Source: Octopus vulgaris
Taxonomy: Eukaryota
Assembly: GCA_951406725.2 (NCBI GenBank)
Contig: OX597817.1
Coordinates: forward strand, 94,736,001 to 94,800,000
Direction: 5' to 3'
DNA length: 64,000 bases
Shown: positions 13,115 through 26,299 of the stretch, in pieces
Numbering within the stretch: the stretch's first letter is position 1
Layout of the letters: the number at the start of each line of letters is the position of its first letter
The notes under the pieces: generated by a model
Databases searched by the model: none
Told to the model about the DNA's origin: nothing
The model's input: only the letters and a program-made list of their open reading frames with translations
Translations under genes and position numbers: made by a program

Positions 13115-15236
13115 AACACAACCGCTGAACCCCAGACAACCAAGATGCATCGTTAAGGACCATAAACCAAACTTTCATACCAACCCGGCATTAAGGCTCA
13201 TCTGCCCCTCTAGTTCCGACATCGGTACCCTTAGTAAGTACATTTTAGATAAATACATACCTATATTAATCAATAAGTTAAAACTCAGCCTATGGTCTAG
13301 CTCCACTCAAGTCGTAGAGTGGTTTTCTTCTATTACTAATAAGCACAGCACAAAATTCATTCAATTCGATATATCTAGTTTCTACCCTTCGATCAACCCT
13401 AGTGTACTCAATAAGGCCCTATGGCACGCACATAATAAGGCAGGCCTCTCAATGGAGGAAATTAATGTAATTTTAGCGGCTAGAAAATCCTTCATAAAGT
13501 TCGATGATAAGTTATGGGTCCGCAAGGATACCCCCAACGCATTTGATGTACTAATGGGAAGTACAGATAGCGCCCAGATAGCCGATTTGGTCGGAATCTA
13601 TATTCTCTATGAATTGGTCGACCAATTCCCGGACATCTGCGGCGGTCTGTATCGAGACGATTGTCTACTTTACCTACAGAATGCTCCGAACAACATGATA
13701 CAGAAGACTAAAAACAGATTAGCTAGATTTTTTAGCAGAATGGGCTTGAGCATAGTTTTCGACGATGAATTAACTAAAGCCAACTTCTTAGATGTTACCC
13801 TAAATCTGCAGAATAATTCTTACTTCCCTTATCATAAGCCTTCTACTAACCTTAAATATATCAGCATTTTCAGTAACCATGCCAAAACTATCACCGATAA
13901 TTTAGTTAAAAATATATCCTTAAGACTATCAAATTTATCTGCTAATGTCGATATCTTTAACCAAAAAGCGGAATTTTATAACGCCGCCTTGTCAAAAGCC
14001 GGTTATAGAGATAAGGTATCATATATCGACCCGGCCCATTCTAAACCGATATATGCTTCTCAGGATAAGAAAACTAATAACAATAGAAATAATGTAAATA
14101 ATGATTTCAGCTCTAACAACGTCGACACCACTATACTTAACAAAAATAATTTACGGACCAGGGGAGGCAATCTTAAACCAACACCAATTCTCCAACACAG
14201 AAATACTCCCTTTAATGTAAATGGTAACACCCTGAACTATTCTAAGTCCAAAAAAAACTATATCTGGTTTGTCATTCCTTTCGGGAAACAAATCACGTCT
14301 AACCTCCCTTTACAGTTCCGTGAAGCCGTAGCTAGAAACTTTCCCAGGAATTCTAGGCATTACTCTACTATTAATTCGCATAAGGTAAGGATTGCATTCT
14401 CCAACACTAGAAATCTATCGCAGATCATTGCCTCCCATAATAACAAGCTGCTAAATAAGGACTCATCACCCGAGAGTAGCGACACTGCCCTTTCCAATTC
14501 CAACCAAACATACAATAATAATAATAATAGAAATAGTATTGATAATAGCAACATTCATAGCAGCATTGGCATTAACAATAGTAATATTAATAATAATATT
14601 AGTCGGATTATTAACAGTGGTAGTGTTAGTGGTAATAACGACAGCATTTATAATAACAGTGGTAGTATTGATGATAACAACCCCAACATTCCTATAGTCA
14701 GGGAAATTACCGACGATAATACAATTAATAGTAATGATAATAATATGAATAGTATTGTGGTCAATGCTAGCAATAATATTAACACCAATCATAACAATAA
14801 AAATTCCGTCTTAGTTTCGGAGGTAAACCCTAACAGATTAAAGTTCTTATCCAGCAATTCCAAAATTAGAAATTCCATTTACCAGTGCAAAATTTCTTCA
14901 GGTACCGATGTCTTCTTCTACATTGGGGCAACTACTTCTAAATTAGCCCACAGGATCTCCAACCATTATTCAACTTTCCGAGATAAGAGAAAACAACACA
15001 GCACAGGACTAAGTAAAATAGTTTGGCGTCTTAAGGACAGTAATACAACTTTCAAGCTGGAATGGTCCATATTGTCTGTATCCTTTCCGTTTGATAAAGG
15101 CAGAAAATTTTGTGGCGTCTGTAATTCAGAACTTTTCCATATTTTGTTCGCCAAAGTTCCTTTAATAAATACAATTGTCGAGAAATCCCTTAGATGCATG
15201 CACTGGCAAAAACACACTTTTCACTCATATGAATAA
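13014..15236 (+). CDS. PLE polyprotein: reverse transcriptase + C-terminal GIY-YIG endonuclease (true N-terminus missing; first ~33 codons come from the inverted pLTR)
   Basis: KDHKPNF..LRLICPS, QFDISSFYPSI, MGSTDSAQIADLVG, GLYRDDC, NFLDVTL, SIYQCK..FFYIGAT..RISNH; two Asn-rich inserts; no internal stops. Confidence 0.9.
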   Translation: MHYAAFSSRKVRNLCQHQDAQTFLDACLHGAHSETQPLNPRQPRCIVKDHKPNFHTNPALRLICPSSSDIGTLSKYILDKYIPILINKLKLSLWSSSTQVVEWFSSITNKHSTKFIQFDISSFYPSINPSVLNKALWHAHNKAGLSMEEINVILAARKSFIKFDDKLWVRKDTPNAFDVLMGSTDSAQIADLVGIYILYELVDQFPDICGGLYRDDCLLYLQNAPNNMIQKTKNRLARFFSRMGLSIVFDDELTKANFLDVTLNLQNNSYFPYHKPSTNLKYISIFSNHAKTITDNLVKNISLRLSNLSANVDIFNQKAEFYNAALSKAGYRDKVSYIDPAHSKPIYASQDKKTNNNRNNVNNDFSSNNVDTTILNKNNLRTRGGNLKPTPILQHRNTPFNVNGNTLNYSKSKKNYIWFVIPFGKQITSNLPLQFREAVARNFPRNSRHYSTINSHKVRIAFSNTRNLSQIIASHNNKLLNKDSSPESSDTALSNSNQTYNNNNNRNSIDNSNIHSSIGINNSNINNNISRIINSGSVSGNNDSIYNNSGSIDDNNPNIPIVREITDDNTINSNDNNMNSIVVNASNNINTNHNNKNSVLVSEVNPNRLKFLSSNSKIRNSIYQCKISSGTDVFFYIGATTSKLAHRISNHYSTFRDKRKQHSTGLSKIVWRLKDSNTTFKLEWSILSVSFPFDKGRKFCGVCNSELFHILFAKVPLINTIVEKSLRCMHWQKHTFHSYE

Positions 15237-15731
15237 TGATTAATATAGATAACCTCTTTGAATTTTAATAATATAGTCCCATTTATATATCACCCCATAG
15301 TCAATTTTTATGCTCTTAAAGGACTACTACCCAACCCATGGAGGTGTGTTTTTACCTTTGTCTCTCTAACTCGCCCTCCTCTCTCTCTCTCTTTCCCTCT
15401 CTCTATCGTAAGCACAATCAAACACACAGACACAAACCTGTCACTTCACCACTGTCTGTTTTTAGCATCTACCCATCCACACACACAATCACGCACACAA
15501 ATACACACACATAGCCATTAATGCAGTTATATACATACACACACATAGGCACTCATTCACAAAAGAAAACAACAAAATCACCATTCATTTGACCTGCACC
15601 CTTTTACCTTCCTATTCTTAGGTCTCTCTCCTCCAACCTTGTTTGAACCCTTGAACTTTCTAGAATCTTCTACATTCAACCATTTTTGACGTCACTGCTT
15701 ATAACGGAATATTTTATAGAAACACTCATTA

Positions 15732-15929
15732 TCGCTATGGGCTCCGTGTGGGCAGGCATCTAAAATTTTTTGTGCATCTTGATACTGACATAAGTTCCTT
15801 ACTTTTCCTGATGAGAAGGCGGCATAATGCACCCCTTATTCCTTCGAAATTAGGAATATGCAGTCTTCGAAACATGTCGAAAATAAAATAAAGGAATTTT
15901 GTTAATTCGTCGTTCAACTCCATTCTTTC

Positions 15930-15935
<6 letters not shown>
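15732..15935 (+). repeat. 3' pLTR
   Basis: Inverted partner of 12911-13114; abuts (TA)n. Confidence 0.92.
15803..15883 (+). ncRNA. Type I hammerhead ribozyme, canonical core
   Basis: Helix I ttttc/gaaaa; CTGATGA (15808-15814); helix II gaaggc/gtcttc extended by gcata/tatgc; GAAA (15869-15872); helix III ACATGT; predicted cleavage after GUC at 15878. Confidence 0.88.
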
Positions 15936-16016
<81 letters not shown>

Positions 16017-16049
16017 TGTATGTATGTATGTATGTATGTATGTATGTAT

Positions 16050-16091
<42 letters not shown>

Positions 16092-16350
16092 GGATAAAAG
16101 GATGGATGGATGTGTGCATATAGGTAGGTACGCATATATGCACGTCTGTGAATGTATGTATATAGGTGTGTATGTATACTCACTCACACACAACTATATG
16201 TACACATAATGAAAAACCAGACAATTCTTCAGATGAAACTTGGACATATAGAGAAGGAAAAGAACGCATTTCCACTCACAAAACACATAAACACAGTCTC
16301 ACCTACATTCAAATTTTGGTAGAAAAAATATGAGGGAAAAAAGGCAGAAA

Positions 16351-16425
<75 letters not shown>

Positions 16426-16699
16426 TATTAATATAGGATGAAATTTTTTCAGAAAAACATTTCATCAAAAAGTGGCAGCATATTAAAATACCTTTAAAAG
16501 TTAAAATTATAAACAACTTATAAACAAGGGCAAAAGAAATAACTGGGGTATTTATGTGTACACATGACTTTTACTTTTGCTTTTTTCCATGGGTGCAAGT
16601 AAGTATTTCATTTATTTTCTACTGATGAGGAAATACTTTTAATTGTAATTTTTACTCTTGCATATTCTACACTTGCTATTTTCACGATTTTTCAAATAT

Positions 16700-18450
16700 A
16701 ATTCTGAGCCGAATTGAATTCTGAAGCGAATTTTGCTCTTGTGGGAGCAAAATTTATTGAGGGTTTTTTTTTTTTGTTGTTTATTTTTTTGTCATTTGTT
16801 AGTAATGTTGGCCTTTTGAGGATTAAGTCGTTTATTTTCGTTCTTCAGAAGTGGATTTGCGTTTTGTTTAGTTTGAAGCGAATGTATTTTGGTGTGATAT
16901 ATATATTGATGCTTTTACCTTTTTAATTCTGTTATCTGCTAATTTTAAGGGATATTTTTCTGTTTTAGAAAGTCTTTCAGATCATCCAGCTGCATTTACC
17001 GTATTTCTGAATTGATCACCACAGTGTATATGCGTCTTGTAATTCAGTATAAGATACTTCGTTTGATCGTGATGGATAGCATCAGTAAAATTTTAATATT
17101 CAGGTGCATCCGTTTTTTTTTTTTTTGTTTTTTTTTCAATAGAATAAGTCTGTTGTGATCTCGGCAGGCATCGCAAGTATGTGCAAAATTAATAGTCTCT
17201 TTTCGCTAATTTCCATTGTGAATTTAATGGACGAATGAAGGTTGGTCAAGATGTTATGAAACGTGTAATTCGTTTTTTGATCTGTTCCAAAAAGTAAAAC
17301 AGCCGTTGAGAAAGCGCTTCCACTTGTCAGTGAAATATTCTTTATATATATTCTTGATAATGACATACGGTTTAGTTGAATGTCGTACTTATTCCGTGAA
17401 ATAGCTTCTCTTCTGGGAATCTCATTACTAGATTTTACATAAAATGGTTCGCTCTTGTAGCCATGATTGTTTCTTTGAACTAATTTTCAGTTCTTCCATC
17501 GAAATGAAATGTGTTTCCTTCCAAAATTAATTGTTGCGTTTTGGTAATGACCTCTGTTCCGAAACGCCCCTTTGTCATTCCTTTATGTTTTCTCGACCCA
17601 GAATTGACCGCTGTTAAACGCAATCAGGGTGGTATATTGGTATAAAGTTTAGTGACGTCGAATGCCCTTTGGATCCTTTGATGGCATATATTTCAAGAAA
17701 ACCGTGTTGTCTCAAACACCAACTGGAGTAAGTTTATAAAGTGACTCAGGTATTGTGTTGAGATCGCAGTCCTGTCACTATTGCTCTGAGATTAGCTTTT
17801 CATGTAAAGATTATATCGATCATTTATAACTTTCTGTATTTCAAAGATTTTAAGAATTTTTCATAATCCATAGATTTCTTTAATTTTGTATATACGTAGG
17901 AAATCAATGTTTTTAATCGTTAAGTGACTAGTGATTTAATTTTTTTTATTATTGCTTTACCAACATTTCCTGATTTTTCCATGGACTAGATTCCATCTAT
18001 TTCAATTGTCCTATTTTGTCTTTGTAGGAGTCTTTATCCAAGATAATAATCGCGCCACCCTTAGTTTCTTTCAAAATAACAGAATTCTTATCTTTCAGGA
18101 TCTTTACCTTTTGACCAGCAGATTTAGAAAATATCTTTTTTTGTAACTAAACACTTTCAAACTTCGTGTTTAGATATAGTATCGAAGTACGTATACAAAA
18201 GTTCGTGACTTCCTCCATGAAATGTGAAACTGGATTTATTCCTGATATTTATTCGTCATTTCCTTTTCTATTGTTGAAAAATTCTCTCAGGCGGAGGCGT
18301 AGATTGATGTAGTGGTAAATGGTAAATTTGATTCCCTACAATAATAGATCGATTTCATTTCAAATCAAAATTTCTTTCGATAAATTTATTTCTGGGTCAA
18401 TGCTTTAAGTGTCTTTGATTTATCGGGTCTACTGTCCAGTTAAAGTATAA
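16700..18450 (-). pseudogene. Decayed Penelope-like element
   Basis: FHNILTNLHSSIKFTMEISEKRLLIL...TDLFY (17136-17366) is homologous to the 9880 fragment; minus-strand AFDVTKLY near 17665-17640; boundaries approximate. Confidence 0.7.
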
Positions 18451-18620
18451 TGGAATTATTGCATACAGTGTTCAGGTGCACCACAAGCTCAGAGGTGCAC
18501 CATCTATTCCCTAAAAAGAGTTTGCAGTATTATGGCTCCTGTGACTACGATTTCTGTTAACTGTTTGTAGGTTTTTCCATGATCTCCACTACATATATTA
18601 CATATATATATATATATATA

Positions 18621-18808
18621 GACGCCGGAGTGACTGTGAAGTAAGTAGCTTGCTTACCAACTACATGGTTCCGGATTCAGTCCCACTGCGTGGCACCCTT
18701 GGGTAAGTGTCTTCTACTGTAGCCTCCAGCCGACCAAAGTCTTGTAAGTGGATTTAGTTGACGGAAACTGAGAGAAGCCCGTCGTATATATGTATATATA
18801 TGTATATA

Positions 18809-18858
<50 letters not shown>

Positions 18859-19067
18859 TGTGCTTGTGTTTGTCACACACCCCAATCGCATTACAACCGA
18901 TGCTGGTGTGTTTACGTCCCTGTAACTTTGCGGTTCGGCATAAGAGACCGATAGAATAAGTACTAGGCTTACAAAAAATAAGTCCTGGGGTCGATTTTCT
19001 CGACTAAAAGGCGGTGCTCCAGCATGGCCGCAGTCAAATGACTGAAACAAGTGAAAGAGTAAAAGAG
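18621..19067 (+). mobile_element. tRNA-derived SINE (family A), full length with internal (TA)n(TG)n
   Basis: A-box-like gtgactgtgaagtaag; B-box-like ggattcagtccc; 3' half ends gctccagcatggccgcagtcaaatgactgaaacaag plus a short aaagagt repeat. Confidence 0.9.
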
Positions 19068-19131
<64 letters not shown>

Positions 19132-19776
19132 CATGCAGAATAACACACTCACACATAAATATGAGCATGCAAGTATGTATACATGCATACATACTTAATA
19201 AGTTTTACATATTGGCTGCTGTAATGGCTTGAGTGATAATTTGTTTTCAAAGGCACGCGTATATCTGTATATGTAATTACATATACGCGTGCGGATGAGG
19301 TTTGTATATACATCCATGTCTATATATGTGGGCGTTTACAAATCTACTGCATATGATAGTGTACATGTATGTGTACAATGTACACACGCACACACATACA
19401 CACATATGTATATATATATATATATATATATATGCATATATTTGCATCTACTGCATGTGTGTACATATATGTACATACTTATATATATGTGTATGTAGGT
19501 ATTTATGTATGTATTTATGTATGTATCCCATCATGCAAACATAATACATGCGTACATGTTTGTGTATGTACGTATGTATCCGCGTATGTGTTTATCTATA
19601 TATACATAAAAACAGTAGAAGCGGTAGATGCATCTGGAGTTGTAGGTGTTGGTATTTGACCTACCGCCAATAATGTAAAGAGAAGATAAACCTTCTCATA
19701 TTTTATATCGCATTTTTATATTCTTTCTGTCTTTTATTTATTAATTATATGTACATAATATATACAAATGTGTGTG

Positions 19777-19878
<102 letters not shown>

Positions 19879-20241
19879 TGCGTCGCGCGCGCGTGTGCTT
19901 GTGTGTTGCTTGTTTGATTTTTATTCTATTTCCGAACATTTATTGAATTCCATTATTTATCTCCCCAACTATTCTTTTCTTTCGCTATTCATGTATTCTG
20001 TATTATCTTCGGTGAGAGAAAATATATTAGATTGAAAGAACATTGAAGAATTTAACTCCACCAACACATTCAAGTGGGCCAAACGTTACTTGTACTAGCG
20101 TAAATCATGGTTTCTTTTTCTGCGGTGCTTTATTCTGTTCTTTTGGTGCAGTTTGAGAATTTGGCATGAGTGTTTAGCGCGGCATCTAGTGGGACACAGA
20201 CCACAATTTTGAGCTATTTTACAACATTTCTATTATACCTG

Positions 20242-21495
20242 CGAGGGGCGTTTATTAAAGATTTCCACTGACCCACTTCCGGTTTTTGCAGGAAAAGGAA
20301 ATTGTACAGATATAATCATACACGTCTCTAGATGTCACATTTTAAATTTCAGCTTTCCACTAAAATTCTTTTGTCCTTTACGGTTGCCGAAGTGGACTAA
20401 AGTGTTATAATGGAGACAGTTGAATGCAGATCTGTGATGAGATTCTTATACTTGAAAGGTCGTACACCAAAACAGATGAAAGAAGTTTATGGTGACAATG
20501 TACCATCATGCGATGTAGTCATGCACTGCAATCGCCAGTTCAAATGTAGTCGGACATCGGTGAAAACTGCTCCTATTCCTGAACGACCACATTCTGCTAT
20601 TGATGACGACACCATCCATAAAGTAGAAGCCGCCATTTTGAAGTATCGCCGCATAACTATTTGGCAACTAGCCCAAGAAGTGAAGATAAGTGTAAGGTCC
20701 GTGGAAAAAATCATTTACGATCATTTGCACATGTGGAAGTTGTCTGCACGATGGATTCCCTGGATGCTCACATCTTTTCAGAGGCAGGAACGAGTCAATT
20801 ACTCTCAGGCTCTTTTAGCAAGGTACCAAGAAAACGAGGAAGACTTTTTCGCCAGACTTAACACACAGGATGAAACATGGGTCCATCACTATGATCCTGA
20901 GATTAAAGTCCAGTCGAAGCAATGGAGGCATGATAACTCACCACCTCCAAAGAAGACTCGTGTTCAACCCTCAACAGGCGAGGTAACGCTCAGTTTTTTG
21001 GGACCATTGTGGAGTAGTGATGAAAGATTTTCTGGTAAAGGACATCATGTCTCTCTGCTGCATAAATTGCGTGACGCTATCAAAGCAGAGAGGCGTGGAA
21101 TGCTGACCAAAGGAGTCCGCCTCTTCCATGACAATGCCCCAGTTCACAACGCACATATTGCTAGGTGAAAGCACACTCCTGCGGCTATGAAATCCTTCCT
21201 CTCCCCCTTTACTCTCCCGACATCGTACCATCTGACTTCCACCTCTTTCCAACATGAAGCCTTTTTTGAAGAAGCACTTTTCGGATGATGATGAGCTTAT
21301 TTCTGAGATAGTCTTGGCTCCAGCTGCAACCTACCGACTCCTAAAAGCGAGATCTTCACAACTACATAAAGTAATGGGAGAAGTGTGTCACCATTAGTAG
21401 TGGCTATGTAGAGAAGAACTAATAATTATGCCAAGTTTCGTTTATCCCAGTTTTTGGGAAGTGGGTCAGGAGAAATCTTTAATGAATACGCCTCG
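20242..21495 (+). mobile_element. mariner DNA transposon (defective)
   Basis: ~39-bp imperfect TIRs cgaggggcgtttattaaagatttccactgacccacttcc / ggaagtgggtcaggagaaatctttaatgaatacgcctcg; TA on the right, TG on the left; ~1.25 kb. Confidence 0.92.
20410..21420 (+). pseudogene. mariner transposase, frameshifted
   Basis: ARWIPWML, TQDETWVHHYDPE, HDNAPVH; YSPDIVPSDFHLF in a shifted frame (~21210-21250). Confidence 0.9.
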
Positions 21496-23001
21496 TATCC
21501 TACCGAATGTGTTCGAGAATGGTCATATATTTTCAGTATATGTCTATGTTCTTGTATGTGTCTATGTTCCCATTTGAAACCATTTCATTTTACACGCGAT
21601 CTCTTTAGGCCTTTAGAAAGGAGGCCAGTATGAATGTCATGAATTCTTATGGGCCTCCTTCTAAGATTATCTTTTTCACTTTGTATTATAAAGTAATTAT
21701 AATGTAACAAAATAGCGATTGTGTAGAGTTCCTGCTAAGCAAGGTGATGAATTGGCCTACAAGGTGACTGAGTTATCAATGCGTCCTGATAGAACTGCTC
21801 CCGATGTTTGTTCCGGCTCTCTGTGGCTATATGTTCAAAACCAATGGAAGTCATCTTTGTCTTCAATGCACTGGGGATCAATAAATAAAGCAATCAAATA
21901 TTGGATCCCCATCATTACTCGCTCTCTCTATCTCTCTCGCTCTCTTTCTTTCACTTGCCCCGCTCTATCTCTATCTCTCTTTCTATCTATCTATCTATCT
22001 ATCTATCTTTATTTCCCTTCTCCTCGCTCTTTCTCTCTCTTTCTCTCTCACTTTCAATTTCCCCTCTCTCTCCCCCTTTCTCTCTTTGATGGTATCTTTT
22101 GAGCGAAAAAGACGAAAGTAATGTGAAACCATCTTCTTATTCTTAGAAAATTCCATGCGTATGATATAATGCTTGTCAAAGGAGTCACCAAGGTATATCC
22201 GTCGACTTAAAGTAGATATTATCGACTTAAAGTAGACAATATTTCTTAAGTTATTGTAATTATTTTGAGAAAGTCGTGAATGTTACAACATCTTATTCTC
22301 TACCTCTATATATCTAATACATCGTATTTAAATATATTCCTGATTACCCGAGCCAGTAATTCGGTTTCAACTTCCTATGAAAGCTATTTCATCTCGCTAC
22401 ATGGTCATTTGATCTGCCAGAAATTGAAGCCAAAGTCTCTCAAATTACACATCATATTTTGATAGATGGACAAACTGAATAACATAGTCTTATGCATGTA
22501 TGTATGTATGTATGTATGTATATATGTATATATGTATGTATGTACGTATGTACGTATGTATGTATGTATGTATGTATGTATGTATGTATGTATGTATGTA
22601 TGTATGCATGCATGCATGTATGTATGTATGTTTGTGTGTGTATGTATACTAGAAGGGATAGTCAGGACTACAGTAGCTTTGACCTCAGCTTTACTTGATC
22701 AGCACTGACCAAGAGCGATACAAGTGGCAAAGGAATATCTACGTGGTCACTTGATCTGCTGGAAATAGCAGCAAATTCCTTAAATCACACTCCAGCAGCT
22801 TTTAAAGTAGAGTTATTGAGCAATGCAGCCCTAGCAGTGCAGAAAATCGAGATTAACATGTTGGCTAGAACGCTTTTTCACGTATGTCTACTGACCTAGA
22901 GTTATGCAACAATAACAATTTGTAAAACTCCCATATTGGACGACCAACTCGTAGGTTGCAACTTCGAATGCGATGAAGATCTTATATCAGTTTCTGAACA
23001 T

Positions 23002-23457
<456 letters not shown>

Positions 23458-23992
23458 ATATTTTATTCTCCTTCACCCATGATTTTTCTGGAGATGTCAT
23501 CCTTGAGAGATTAATACAGTATCCATGGTCGATTTCTATCTCAGTAATTTTTAATTGGGGAACAAAATTTCAGTCCCTGTTATGTAGACAAATACTTGAC
23601 ATGTTCCAACCCTTTAGAATCTTCAAAGTTTATCGAGCCTAATGTAATGTGCTTGTGAATGCAATGCAGGAGTACATTCTTTCGCAATAATTGTAGTCAT
23701 CTTAAATACTTCTATTTAATGAACTCATAATCGTGAGCCTCACAAAATATACATTGTTTTGCTCGTAGGCCCGTTAACGACTAAAGGAAGTGGTTAAATA
23801 GAGGAATTAGACAGAAGGATAGATACATAAAGAAAAGATGGATACATAAATGGCAAGGTGCTGGTTCACTCAGTGTCAAAGACAGTGACGTTGAGTGAAA
23901 CATCTTCACATACCAGCGGTGTTGGCTATGTATGACTGGACATTGAGGACTAGCAAGTCTCAGTGTACACATATACGTGCTCAAATTATATA

Positions 23993-24025
23993 TAGGAGTG
24001 GCTGTGTGGCAAGTAGCTTGTTTAC
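23993..24025 (+). mobile_element. 5' piece (A box) of a family A SINE interrupted by an insertion
   Basis: aggagtggctgtgtggcaagtagcttgtttac continues at 26300 as gtttaccaaccacatggttctcggttcagtccc. Confidence 0.85.
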
Positions 24026-26299
24026 AGGTTGCTTCTACGCATGTGCAAGTCAGTGTTATGCTTGACACCGAAGATGTATGACGTGTTTTTGAATGCCATC
24101 TTAAATTTAAGACTTTTGAATACTCAGCCGTAAGGTAAGAATTTTGGGGGTCTAGTGGGGGCCTGTTGTATGTTGCAAATTATTTTTACAAGCAACATGT
24201 CCTTACTAGGCTCTAGTCTGCCGGAGGCTGAGTGAAAATATTATTCACTTAATTGTGAAAATTATTGGTTTGGTAGGCGTATCCTGCCAAACTTCTGTTT
24301 GAAAATAGTGTCGTTCCTGTTAAGGAGTACCTAGAAGAAATTTGGAATGATTTTTTAACTGTTTTACAGTTGTGTTAAATTTTGGCCGTAACGGTGAATT
24401 GAGATTTTTTAAATTCTTCTTGTGAATTCTAGTAGGCGTATCTCGCCAAGAAAAAAAAAAGAATAAGCCATTTGGATTACCTTTTTGGAGTATTATACAA
24501 AGGATTCCCTGTCTGTGCTATTTGTGAGATTTTTCTTTTACTTTTCCCTTCTTCTATTATTTCTTTCTTTCTAAAAATTTTTGGTTCATTCTTTTCATTA
24601 CTTTAATTTCAGTTTCCTCCCCTCCCCTTATTTTGTTTTATTTTTATTCGGTTTAATTTTTTGGCAGACTGTCTTTTGAACTACTTTTGAACTGTTTTTT
24701 GACATGGCAGAGAAGGAACTTAAAAAGAAAAACTCTGTCTTAGAGTGGGAAATTAACCCGCCTAAGCAGTGGTTAAAAGATATGGAAGAGAAGACGGTGG
24801 TACTTAGAACATATTCTAAAGTCCTTAATTCCATCACCGTCTTCCCAAAACAAGTCATAAAAAATGAACTTAAAGAACATTTGTCCTCTGTAAAATATCC
24901 CGTGGTGTTAAACATGCAACCGTATGGTTGCTGTTTGACAACGGGGAAAAAGCTCGCCAGTTTGCGAGTCAGCCTTTAGAAGGCAAGGAAATCCTGTTTC
25001 TCTCGTCATATTGTGGAAGAAAATTAATACGAACCTGGATATGTGGGCTCCCCCCGGGCACCGAAGCGGATTGGATTGAAGATACCATCCAACGGGGACT
25101 GGGAGATGGCGGGCCCAGGCTCTTAAATGTAAGAGTATTGCCGGCGGTCGATTGGGAAGGGTCAAAAGCGATTTTGACCCTGTGGACCCCATCGGCAGCA
25201 ACAGAACTAGTTTTTCCAGATTTCTTGAAAATGGCTGGCTGCAGGTATCCGGTGATACTTGAGGGACGTCCCCCAAAGTGTCACTCGTGCCTGCAGCCAG
25301 GCCATATTAAAAGGAACTGCCCCAAGACCGTGGTAAGGTCCTGGAACAGTCACCAGATGCCACCTCCCTTACCCCGGTCAAAGGGAGAGGTGGATGTGGT
25401 CGAGGAGGCTTCAGCCTCCTCAACTCAAAAAGGATTAAAAAAGAAGAAGGCGGGCAACAATAGTTGCCCGCCGAAGGAACCCAAGGCTTCGGGAGGCGGG
25501 GGAGAGTCTCCGGACAAAGCGGAAGAGCTCCACTCTCCCGAAGCCAGGAAGAAAAGAAAAAAAAGAAAGAAGAACGGGTCATCTCAGCAGGGAGATGATG
25601 TGCCGACTGCATGTCCCGAAGTTGTACCACCCACGGTGGAAGAAACCACCCCCAACCTTAAAGATGATCAATTAATTATCTTTTTCTACAAGGGCGGGGA
25701 GGTGAACAAATAGTAGAAGAATTTAAAGAAACAGTAGATATGCCCTTCACACGGGATCCCGAATGGCCTCCGCAGATAGCTGTGGAGGTCATAAGGTTTC
25801 CCTTGTGGGAAAGGCTTAAAGGATTTGGGGAGGAGTGTCGCATATGGCCGGGTGGCCCTTACACGACTTACATGTCCTACATGAGTGAGGCATGGGAAAT
25901 GGCGGGATACAGGAACTCAAGCGGCATTGAAGATAATGATGAATATATCGATGAATGTATCGAAGAGTAGGAGGTGAAAGACCCTCGTTACAGAGTTTGA
26001 AACCTCACCTTATTGGACTATTTTGTAGTGGTTTATAAACTTAATTTTGTGTTTTAAGAAAGAAAAAAGAAAATATGTTAAGTAAGAGGTTTTAGTGCCT
26101 CCTCCTTGTAAAAAGTTCGAAACCTTATATTGATTTAAAAAAAAAAGAAAATATGTTTTCGAGAAAAATCCAATCGGCGGGTGTTGGGTTTCGTCTCTCA
26201 TTTATTCATTATAATTCATTATCATTCATTAATGTGTTTGTCCAGCCCGCAAAGCTCTTTGTACTGTCTATATGACAAATTTATGAAATAAAGTATCTA
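24026..26299 (+). mobile_element. ORF1-only (HAL1-like) non-LTR retroelement with 6-bp TSD GTTTAC
   Basis: gtttac at 24020-24025 and 26300-26305; ~680-bp 5' UTR; one interrupted ORF1-like frame; AATAAA at 26287-26292; no RT or endonuclease motifs. Confidence 0.8.
24704..25970 (+). pseudogene. L1/Tx1-type ORF1 (gag-like) protein with CCHC zinc knuckle; two frameshifts (~24900, ~25700)
   Basis: RTWICGLPP...VILEGRPPKCHSCLQPGHIKRNCP (CX2CX4HX4C), then a basic low-complexity tail; the three track ORFs join into one ~420-codon frame. Confidence 0.8.

Larger units (their letters stand above)
12768..15935 (+). mobile_element. Penelope-like retroelement, 5'-truncated with inverted pLTR, flanked by (TA)n (possibly Hydra clade)
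   Basis: RT + GIY-YIG ORF; 12911-13114 is the reverse complement of 15732-15935; a hammerhead in each repeat; (TA)n on both sides. Confidence 0.9.

Noticed and set aside
16622-16640. CTGATGA followed closely by ggaaat
   Set aside because: No helix II, palindromic helix III or NUH with a matching helix I
19612-19675. Possible Thr/Pro-rich micro-exon on the minus strand
   Set aside because: Weak splice signals; no supporting exons
21612-21664. Short hairpin tagaaaggaggcc/ggcctccttcta
   Set aside because: Single short imperfect inverted repeat with no other support
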